This document shows, piece by piece, positions 11,970-64,000 of a stretch of DNA of 64,000 nucleotides. Source of the DNA: Octopus bimaculoides. Taxonomy: Eukaryota. The position numbers and the translations under genes were made by a program. Every line of letters begins with the position of its first letter. Position 1 is the first letter of the stretch. The stretch lies in NCBI RefSeq assembly GCF_001194135.2, contig NC_068983.1, positions 42,394,879 through 42,458,878 of the forward strand, given 5' to 3'. The notes under the pieces are model-generated. The model made no database searches. It was given only the letters and a program-made list of their open reading frames with translations, and was not told the DNA's origin.

Positions 11970-12017
11970 GTCCCTGATGGAGGGATATCCATAATGTCCC
12001 AGAAACAGCTGTAAGAC
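11970..12017 (+). ncRNA. Degenerate hammerhead motif, mirror copy in the palindrome
   Basis: GTCC-CTGATGG-A-GGGATAT-ccata-ATGTCCC-A-GAAA-CAGCTG-TA-AGAC; A9>G and a stem I mismatch. Confidence 0.6.
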
Positions 12018-12219
12018 TCTTTCCTTATAAATGTCCTGAAAACTCCTCACAGTCTTGTTTTTGTTATCTCATTTTGTCTAATATATTTATGCATGCTAAT
12101 ACAAGACCCACATTAAACCCCTCACTCGTATCATATCGAACCAAAAGTTTAACTAGTCTGTCCATAGCACTTACTTAGCATTACCTGCCACTCTTTGGGT
12201 CTTCTAGATACCAATACCT

Positions 12220-12250
<31 letters not shown>

Positions 12251-14323
12251 AGAGAGAGAGAGATATGCTTACAATAAAAAAATTTTGGTTTGGTTAATTC
12301 ATATTTATGCTTTTGATTTTCACTGCCATTACATTACTTGGTATTTCTACGACTTATGTTAATTTGAATCTATGTTATGCAGTAAAGAGGGAATGCTAAA
12401 AATAAAAAATGGCATAAAACAATAGGGAACTGGATGTGATCCAGCATTGCTCTCAAAGCCACTCACTTGATGATGTGTGAGTACAAAGCTGCTGCTGGAT
12501 CATATAGCAATAGTATGATAAAATGAACAACTAACACCCATTACCAATGCACAGAAACAATTGTAGTGATTAGTGATTAAAGCCTGTTCATCCCATCACC
12601 TTGTTTTACAAATTTATATATATACATAGTTTACAGTTGTGTTAAGGTAAGATCAGCAAAAAAATTCTCCACACAGTGAGATAAATATCAGCTAATGTAC
12701 ACAGTATGAAGACACAAGCTATTGATAGTTTCTTAACTTGAAGACAGAGGTCTAGGCAATTTTTATAACACTCCTTATGTCATCAAAGTAAGAAACTGTT
12801 AGTAGCCTGTATCTTTATACTGTCTACATTGAATGATATATACAAACACATACATATATACACACAAATTGTTTTTGCACTTGTTTATTTGTTATGGAAA
12901 TAACTAAAATGCTCAATTCACCTTTGCCAAACACACATGTAGTGAATGCACAAAAATCTTAAAGTATTACATTTGACACACACAAATAGTTTTTCTGCTG
13001 AAACAAATGAAGGGTTTGTCTCACAACTTGAGTTTCAAGCTACTATGATCTTTAGGCAAGTTCTCACCTGAAGAGTGCACTGGCATGAAACTAGAGCCAC
13101 GAGACAAACCCTCAGTTTCAGTTTCTATAAAAACAAACCCATATCCTCCACAACGTGTACTGAGCACTCCTCTCTCAATCTTCTAATGTAAACTGTGTGT
13201 GCATGTGTATGTACTTCTGGTAAGTCAACAAGGAAACAAAGATAAATTGCTTATGCTCTAAAGTGTTTCATGTTTAAATAATCACTGGAAAAGTCAGTCT
13301 AGAAATTAAGTCACATTAAGATGGAGAATTTGATAGATAAACAAATTAGACAGGGACATGGGGAGATAGAGAATGAGAGACGGGCAAAGAATATGTAAAA
13401 ACTGTGAACCATGAAAAGAAATTCCTATATCTGCCTCTTGGATTACCTTTCACTGAGAAAGTTTATTTATTTTTATGAAATCCTTGATTATGGAAGTATA
13501 GAAGTCAGCCTCAAAACTAACAATGGAAAAAAAAGAGGGGAAAAAACCCAAAAAACAAAAACTGTACAGAACTCAACCTCTAGGAATATATTGTCTAAAA
13601 AGGGAATGATGAGAGGAAGTCTGATTGATAGCAGTTAAAACCCTGGATAATATGTGTGTGGCTAATCTGGAGTAACAATAATAAAACAAAAATGGACAAA
13701 AGTACAAAACTGTTAGTGCTACCACTTGTGGTGTATCTATGAAAGAAGGATAGGAATATAAGTCTACTTATTATATATAGATCATAATAAACTCTACATG
13801 ATAGCTACTTTATGTATATGTATACTGTGTATATGTGTTATGGTGGTATGTATGTGTGTAGAAAATGTAGTTTGTTAGAATATTAGAGTCAAATATGTCT
13901 AGTTTTAAACTTTATTTTACTGTGTGGACTTCTGTAAAATTAAGAAGAAAAAAAAAATGATATGTTTCCACAGTAAATATTGTGTAAATATAATGTCATT
14001 TCATATTACAATTAATTTTTTCTTTTATCAGCATCACTATCATCATCATGATATAACTTTCATTTAGTTTTTTTTCATACATTTTCTTTTTTGTATAAGG
14101 GTGGGTGAATTAGTGGAAGTAGGGAGGGACTGGGGGGGGTGTTACTTGTGATTAAGATTCATAGAGAGTCGTTGGTTAGTTGGTGTCTAGGGTTTATAAT
14201 AACAGCAGTGATAACATAGCGCTTTTTTTTTTTCAAAATTTTCTTCTCTCTTGCTATGCAGATCAAAGCCTTAAAATTGATTTCAAGATTTCAATAGCTG
14301 AAACAGCTGCCAGTGATCTGGTA

Positions 14324-15322
14324 NNNNNNNNNNNNNNNNNNNNNNNNNNNNNNNNNNNNNNNNNNNNNNNNNNNNNNNNNNNNNNNNNNNNNNNNNNNNN
14401 NNNNNNNNNNNNNNNNNNNNNNNNNNNNNNNNNNNNNNNNNNNNNNNNNNNNNNNNNNNNNNNNNNNNNNNNNNNNNNNNNNNNNNNNNNNNNNNNNNNN
14501 NNNNNNNNNNNNNNNNNNNNNNNNNNNNNNNNNNNNNNNNNNNNNNNNNNNNNNNNNNNNNNNNNNNNNNNNNNNNNNNNNNNNNNNNNNNNNNNNNNNN
14601 NNNNNNNNNNNNNNNNNNNNNNNNNNNNNNNNNNNNNNNNNNNNNNNNNNNNNNNNNNNNNNNNNNNNNNNNNNNNNNNNNNNNNNNNNNNNNNNNNNNN
14701 NNNNNNNNNNNNNNNNNNNNNNNNNNNNNNNNNNNNNNNNNNNNNNNNNNNNNNNNNNNNNNNNNNNNNNNNNNNNNNNNNNNNNNNNNNNNNNNNNNNN
14801 NNNNNNNNNNNNNNNNNNNNNNNNNNNNNNNNNNNNNNNNNNNNNNNNNNNNNNNNNNNNNNNNNNNNNNNNNNNNNNNNNNNNNNNNNNNNNNNNNNNN
14901 NNNNNNNNNNNNNNNNNNNNNNNNNNNNNNNNNNNNNNNNNNNNNNNNNNNNNNNNNNNNNNNNNNNNNNNNNNNNNNNNNNNNNNNNNNNNNNNNNNNN
15001 NNNNNNNNNNNNNNNNNNNNNNNNNNNNNNNNNNNNNNNNNNNNNNNNNNNNNNNNNNNNNNNNNNNNNNNNNNNNNNNNNNNNNNNNNNNNNNNNNNNN
15101 NNNNNNNNNNNNNNNNNNNNNNNNNNNNNNNNNNNNNNNNNNNNNNNNNNNNNNNNNNNNNNNNNNNNNNNNNNNNNNNNNNNNNNNNNNNNNNNNNNNN
15201 NNNNNNNNNNNNNNNNNNNNNNNNNNNNNNNNNNNNNNNNNNNNNNNNNNNNNNNNNNNNNNNNNNNNNNNNNNNNNNNNNNNNNNNNNNNNNNNNNNNN
15301 NNNNNNNNNNNNNNNNNNNNNN
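14324..15322. other. Assembly gap (other gaps: 4041-4518, 5505-6164, 7109-7118, 20471-20832, 34724-35056, 37385-37475, 42681-43573, 48190-48235)
   Basis: Runs of N. Confidence 0.99.
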
Positions 15323-15780
15323 AATGATGAATAGATTGGGACCAGGTTTTGTTTGTTCATTCTACAGTCTCATTGTTTTGTTTCGTTTTTACATTTTCTC
15401 TCACATGAGGGACTTTTCTGGGATTCTTTCTTTCCAATATTTTTTGTTGTTGTTTTTCTTTATCCGCTTTTTTATTCTGTTTCATTTCCAGAATGGAGAA
15501 ATATATGCTCATTTTGATTTTGAATTCAAGAAAATGGAAAATGGGATGGGAGTGGGTGGCGAGAGAGAGAGAGAGAGAGAGAACCAGAGGGATTTGGTAA
15601 TATTGAGTTAGGAAGAAGAAATTTGTGCAAAGAACAAAAAAAAGAGAAGGAAGAAGATATGCTGTGTATCAGAGTAGAAACAATTTTCCCAGTTTAACCA
15701 CTGGCGCTAGGTAAGAATGAGTTGTCCGTCTTGAATAAATTTCTGGTAGATTTCATTCTGTTGGATTGATTGTAGTGTCA

Positions 15781-58131
<42,351 letters not shown>

Positions 58132-58900
58132 TTATAATTAAGGAGAGAAAATGAAATATAAAGTTTTATGAAGATTTATAAATTCTATGTTATGATTACT
58201 GGTGAATGTTAAAAATGTAATTGAAATAATATTTTAGGGATTTTTTTTACCCTTTAATATTTAAACTGGCTATACCCGGCCAAAATATTGTTCCTGTTTC
58301 ATGTTTGAACTGGTCAGATCCAGCCTCTCACACCTACCTGACAATGTTAGTCTAAAAGCTATAGTCACATCACTGAAATCTCAAGGTTACAAGATAATGC
58401 AGGATACATTCAAAGCAATATGAATAAATAAGCATTGCATTTGACAGAATCGCCTGAATGCCAGCTGGTTATATTTCAAAGTATTCAAAAAATTTAAAGT
58501 AATTTTTAGTAATTTAAAGTGGTAAGTTTAATAACAAAACAAATATATATCCTTCAGATAAAGTGCTGTGAAGTGGGAGTGAACCTGGAACCATGTGGTT
58601 GGGAAGCAAACTTCTTTCCATAGAGCCACACCTGTGCTTATATAAATGCTAAAAAACAGAAGTATTTTGTCTAAAGGAGATCCTTTTCAAGATGTATAGT
58701 TTTGAAAACCACAGCATACAGGACAACTACATTTCACTACGTTGCAATTTTTTAAACACCATACATCTTTAAAGGGAACTCCCTTAGACAAAATGCCACA
58801 GCTTTGTTGCAATTAACAACACAAAAACATTAAGTATATGACATTGATAATGACTACGTTACCGAGCACTACAAACAAAATCTGAGTGTATATATATATA

Positions 58901-59120
58901 TAGTAATCCCTCGACTATTGCAGGTGTTATGTTCCAAAACCCCGCCGTGATAAATGAAACTCTGCGAAGTAGAAACAGTACTGTACATTATTTTTTAATC
59001 ATTTTTATAATTTGTATATATTTATTTTATTATAAATGCAAAACAACACCATGGAGGAATCGACGTAAGCTTAAACAACAAACTGCAATAGGTGAATAGT
59101 CATATGGCGAGGGATTACTG
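58901..59120. mobile_element. pogo/Tigger-type MITE
   Basis: TIR (C/T)AGTAATCCCTCG...CGAGGGATTACTG flanked by TA on both sides; a 3'-end fragment of the same family lies at 21013-21053. Confidence 0.78.
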
Positions 59121-60120
59121 TATGTATATATATATATATGTATGTATATATATATATATATATATATATACAATTAAACCTTGGGAGAGGCATTATGCCG
59201 GTAATAAACACACGCACTGGTTCAGTCCTTTATTAATTTATATAGTTTTTTGTTAAATTATTTCATTGCACTCTTGCAATCTCTTCAGTAACTTGTCTCT
59301 CCACTTCCATTTCAACACACGTATCCACATCAAGAATCTTGCACACGAAATACACATACGAAATATATATATATATATATATATATGTACAATGTACATA
59401 CACACATGCATATAAATGTAATATTTTACAAAAAAAAAAAAAATTAACTATTCAACAATATGCGAATAGTAATAAATTAGGTAGACGGTGACCATACATA
59501 GTCCATGGTTTGCTTTGTGTCCAACAAACAATACTGTGTGTATGTGTCTAATACACACACACCACAAATAAATACACAAAAACACACCAGATTTTGTATT
59601 ATTCTTTTCCCCGCTATTATACACTAAATTACTATTTTCAAAGCTTTTCAAAGAGGTAATGCTAATAAGAGAATTTGCAGTTTCAATGCATAAATCCATG
59701 GCAGAGCTCATTAATGCATTACAAACGATACCTAATTTATAACGACAAACATCATGCAATGTAGAAAGTGATTGATTATAGATGGCCCTGTAATTCAATA
59801 GCAAAATTAATACCTGATACTGTTTATTTCTTACATCTGTTCTCTCTTTTAACTAAAGGCTCTTTTGCATCTCGGTGCATTATCAGAGAACACAATACGA
59901 CCTGTGTAGTATTACATCTGAACAATGATAATAGAACAGCATATTTGATTTTCACACACAAATCTTTATCTCTCTTTCCGGCACCACACATATTATTCTC
60001 ACGCACTTGTGTCATTTGATGCAGTCCTTGGACCCATCAGATCCTGTCATGCTATTCAACCTTTACTAAGATGGAAGATAAGATGTTTAAATGTGATAAC
60101 GATGATAGTATATTTAGTCT

Positions 60121-60340
60121 TTGTATTTGGATTCCAAGATTCTTGATGTGAATTTGTGTGTTGAAACAAATCTTGTTGTTTTGGGAAGGTCATTACACCA
60201 ATAAATATAACACATGCACTGGTTAAATATCACTTCCTTATTGTTAGTGAATTGGTTAAATATTTAACCAGTAAACTAACAATACAGGAATTATAATTGA
60301 ACCAGTGCACATGTCATTGTTATTGGTGTAATGAGCCTCC
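60121..60340. repeat. Palindromic dispersed element, copy 2
   Basis: Same 5' flank (GTATTTGG..CAAGATTCTTGATGTGAATTTGTGT) and arms as 57255-57584; perfect centre GGTTAAATATTTAACC at 60254-60269. Confidence 0.7.
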
Positions 60341-60356
60341 TATGATAACAAGAAAA

Positions 60357-60406
<50 letters not shown>

Positions 60407-60829
60407 AAGAGAGAGAGAGAGAAAGAGAGGACAAATGATTTCATTAATTTTCAGTCAGTGCCAAGCCAAAGCTGATAGCAGGGATCACTCATAGACAAGG
60501 AGATGATGATCTTGCTAGGTTAACTTCCTGCAGATATTCCATATGATGTCAACCACTTAACTAGGGCAATCAACTACTCGATGGCCTGCAGGGCAGTTGG
60601 CATTACATCTGGCTTTCATTGCAAAATTATATCCATTCAATGGTTAATGAGAATTTACAGCAAGGAATTGTAAAGGGTGTAGAAAGAAGTCAATGATAAA
60701 GTGATTAGTTTTGTGGGAAAATACTTCATCATCACCATTATTATTATTATTATTATTATTATTATCATCATCATCATTATCCGAACCTTCAGCCTCACCT
60801 AGGCAATGACTAGTGACAGAGACTTTTGG

Positions 60830-61456
60830 AGATATGCTGTGCTTGAGAAGACCCAGCAAGCCAAGTGAGACCATAACCGGTGGCCTATGCCAGTGGTGTA
60901 TAACCAGCCCACTTATCAGTATCCTTCATTCATTGGACAATAAACTTTGCTTGTGAAGACCTGTTGAGGCAAGTGAAATCAAAATCACTGACGTGGTCGA
61001 TGACTGTATCGCCTGACTGGCTCCTGTGCCAGTAGAACGTAAAAAGCACCATCTGAGTGTGACCATTGCCAGGGTTGCTGACTGGCTCCCATGCTGGTAG
61101 CACATAAAAAGCACCATTTGAGTGTGATCGTTGCTTTACTGGCACGTGAAAAACAACATTTGAATGTGGTCATTGCCAGTGCTGTTGGACTAGCTCCTGT
61201 GCAGGTGGCATGTAAAAAACACCATTTGAGCGTTGTCATTGCCAGTACCACCTGACTGGCCCTCGTGCTCGTGGCATGTAAAAAGCACCCACTACACTCT
61301 CAGAGTGGCTGGCGTTAGGAAGGGCATCCAGCTGTAGAAACTTTGCCAGATCAGATTGGAGCCTGGTACAGCCTTCTGGCTCGCCAGTCCTCAGTCAAAC
61401 CGTCCAACCCATGCCAGCATGGAAAGCGGACGTTAAACATCGACGATGGTGATGAT
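60830..61456 (+). mobile_element. SINE-like family C with internal tandem array and (ATG)n tail (other copies 23935-24265, 26160-26665, 28350-28800, 35057-35290, 36990-37590, 40697-41216, 45640-45900, 46715-47200, 54520-54770)
   Basis: Shared 3' module GTTGGCGTTAGGAAGGGCATCCAGCTGTAGAAAC...AACCCATGCCAGCATGGAAAGCGGACGTTAAACGATGATG. Confidence 0.8.
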
Positions 61457-62044
61457 TCAATCATAAGGAGGACAGCAGAATTTGTCACTGATTAAAGTGT
61501 GTTGGATCCGGGATATCTAGTCTTATCATTGGTCAATGAATTAACCAACTGTAATTGTATTCATTCCAAAATATCTCATTTGATGCCGTCAGCTGAATCT
61601 CAGACACGTTTACACAAACATGCAGGCATACAACACACGTATATGTTTACGTATACACTATTCTGAAATTGCAATCAAGACAAATGTAATTGACAGACAG
61701 TCAGGCATGACTAATCCATAAATGTTAGTAAATGAATCTATAATTGCAGACTCCTGATTGTTTGTATCAAAACAATTTGAATTTGCAGGTTCTGAAGGTG
61801 TGTGTGTGTGTGTGTGTGTACAACAAAGAAGATGAAAATCTCAATGCAGCACAAGTTCAATATTCTTTTATTTGTTTCAGTCATTTGATTGCGGCCATGC
61901 TGGAGTACCACCTTTTAATCAAACAAATTGACCCCAGAACTTATTGTTTGTAAGCCTAGTACTTATTCAATCGGTCTCTTTTGCCAAACCACTAAGTTAC
62001 GGGGGACATAAACATACGGTCGTCAAGTGATGGTTGGGAGACAA

Positions 62045-62082
<38 letters not shown>

Positions 62083-62127
62083 CAAATGAAAGACAGAAGA
62101 TGGAAAATATACAAGAATTTATTATTA

Positions 62128-62233
62128 ATCACGACAGTTGTTTCAACACCTCTAGTACCGATTCCTCTTGGGTGGGACACTCAACAACTGGTTCAGGAGC
62201 ATCTGGTGATGCAGATGTATCTCGTCAGGTAAT
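62128..62233 (-). ncRNA. Type I hammerhead motif with elongated stem II, intact core and GUC triplet, sense to AHCYL pre-mRNA
   Basis: ATTAC-CTGACGA-gatacatct...agaggtgtt-GAAA-CAACT-GTC-GTGAT; 5-bp stem I, 8 of 9 pairs at the base of stem II. Confidence 0.7.
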
Positions 62234-63072
62234 AAATAAATATAACTCGTTAAAATGAGTGTTCCACAACGTAACTTTCCATTTTGTAGAGAGAAAAGCA
62301 GCCAGATGGAGGAAATATCTTCATTTATAAAGAAGATCCAAAATAAAATCACAGATGACAAAAAGAGAAACGAACACACAATCCAGGGAGAAAAGTGTTA
62401 AAAATGACCGTTAACAGGTATGGATGTGTATATAAATATATATATATACACGAAGGGCTTCTTTCAATTTCTGTCTACCAAATCCACTAACAAGGTTTTG
62501 GTTGACCCAAGGTCATAGAAGACACTTGCCCAAGGTGCCATGCAGTGGGACTGAACCTGGAACCATGTGGTTGGTAAGCAAGCTACTTACCGCACAGCCA
62601 CTCCTGCACCTATGGTAACAATTGTTTTTGCACCATTTCACTTTGAACCATATTGTGCACAAACACAGTTCCGAGATAACCAGTTCATAGGAATGTGTTT
62701 TGGCCAGCTGGAGTAAAAGAGCTCAAAACACAGAGTCTGAACATGACTATCGTTTATGAAAAACAAGTTCAACAAAATACATTTTGTTCTCAAAATCTTG
62801 CTGGCTGTTGAGACTACTTAGATGGAACGAGTGATCTTTCAATTAGTGTTTGACTTATACATGTACATATGTACCTATCTATCTATCTATATCTATATAT
62901 ATATATATAAACACACACACATATATATCTACATATGTGTGTGTGTGTATATACACACACACACACATATATATATATATGCATATCTACATGCTTCACC
63001 ACCATCAAACATATATATATATACAAAAAATTCATACACATGTATATATATATTCACACACACACACATACC

Positions 63073-63136
<64 letters not shown>

Positions 63137-63635
63137 TACATATATATATCGTATATCTACATATATATATCATCATCATCGGACACATACATATATACAT
63201 GCATACAAGATATAGAGACAGATGGATACACACACATACATACATTCATACATACATACACATTACATTACATTGCAGATATATACACAAGAGGCAGAGA
63301 GAGTGGTTGAAAATTTTATGAACCAATTAACTGAGTAGAGGAAGATGAGTAATCATCTTCAGCAGCTGTTTTAATAAACATGAAACTAATTAATGTGAAA
63401 ACAACTTGAAACTATTCAAAGGAGAAGAAGACGGAAGAGGAGATATCTAATTCGTAGTTGTGTCATCTGGAGAAATATTAGTAAATGAATGATATACAAA
63501 TATAAATAAGATAGAAATTGAACAATTATTTTGGTTGAAAGTTGGTAATAAAATAACAGGCAAAACTCTCAGACATATGGCGACGGTTTCATTTTTGGTG
63601 GAGTTAAACTGCAGATCAGCTCTGATCTACTAGAG

Positions 63636-64000
63636 CAGGGGGTCACCAAACTTTTTTCACAGTGTGCCAAATAACTGAGAGCATGATGAATGCAGGCTGC
63701 ATAACCATTTTGTTCAATACAGCGAATACACAAAAAATAATGATAACCAACACATTTATTTACCAAAAAGTTAGCAACAAGATAGTTATATCACCCCCAG
63801 TGCACACATATCCGAATCTCACAAACTAAGCAGCAAAAAAGGTTTGTGAGATTTGTGAAACTTGTGTTTAGCTTTTAAGATATCAATATTTGCTTTGGAA
63901 TTGCTGCATCCAACCAAGAGAATTGCTTTCAACTGTTCATCAGTCAACCTCTTTCGATGTGCTGACTTCACATTCTTCATTATTGAAAATGTTTGCTCAC
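63636..64000 (-). mobile_element. hAT (Charlie/GTF2IRD2-like) transposon 3' end: dimerisation-domain C-terminus and TIR, continues beyond the window
   Basis: Minus-strand EQTFSIMKNVKSAHRKRLTDEQLKAILLVGCSNSKANIDILKAKHKFHKSH; TIR CAGGGGGTCACCAAACTTTTT preceded by TACTAGAG, a Charlie-like CTAG target. Confidence 0.8.

Larger units (their letters stand above)
11688..12090. mobile_element. Spacerless palindrome, about 200-bp arms: inverted Penelope-type pseudo-LTR pair
   Basis: Centre TAGAAAT|ATTTCTA at 11880/11881. The arms share CTGTGAGGAGTTTTCAGGACATT and the HHR block in opposite orientation. Confidence 0.72.
9000..15780 (-). other. Putative long 3' UTR of AHCYL (distal end not determined)
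   Basis: Follows the predicted stop. I found no copy of the common SINE families between about 8950 and 15850, versus roughly one per kb in the introns. The poly(A) site was not identified, and the 14324-15322 gap is unseen. Confidence 0.5.

Noticed and set aside
14291-14300. Alternative terminal-exon acceptor ctgtttcag|C TAT TGA
   Set aside because: Also yields RY*, but has a weaker pyrimidine tract, lies inside the SINE-free UTR-like zone and overlaps an HHR-like relic; 15787 fits better. By a rough base-composition estimate, about one chance match per 10 kb is expected.
59448-59804. ORF weakly reminiscent of a hAT transposase segment
   Set aside because: No diagnostic motif or termini recognised; needs a profile search.
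62034-62258. Plus-strand ORF with an apparent donor (CAG|gtaata) that could be an exon of another gene
   Set aside because: No acceptor or homology; the region is better explained as the reverse complement of the HHR element.

Overview
AT-rich, gapped animal genomic DNA, probably an octopus or other coleoid cephalopod. This is inferred from the tRNA-derived SINE families and the dense (AT)n/(AC)n/(AG)n/(AAT)n/(ATG)n microsatellites. The only host gene I can support is the 3' part of an adenosylhomocysteinase-like gene of the IRBIT/AHCYL1/2 type on the minus strand. I reconstructed 12 GT-AG coding exons between 58092 and 15781 (1044 nt = 347 aa plus stop, phases consistent); the more 5' exons lie beyond the window. 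The last coding exon appears to carry only 7 nt (G TAT TGA) after an 11.1-kb intron, followed by a multi-kb SINE-free putative 3' UTR. The rest is intronic or intergenic repeat: five SINE families, three Tc1/mariner relics, a hAT transposase 3' end, hAT/pogo/piggyBac-type MITEs, a DINE-1/HINE-like element and RTE LINE fragments. The most notable unannotated signal is about ten minimal type I hammerhead-ribozyme (HHR) motifs of Penelope pseudo-LTR type, most inside 50-500 bp fold-back elements. Two with intact catalytic cores (11767-11814 and 62128-62233) lie in the sense orientation of the AHCYL transcript. All alignments and folds were done by eye; no database search or folding program was run.
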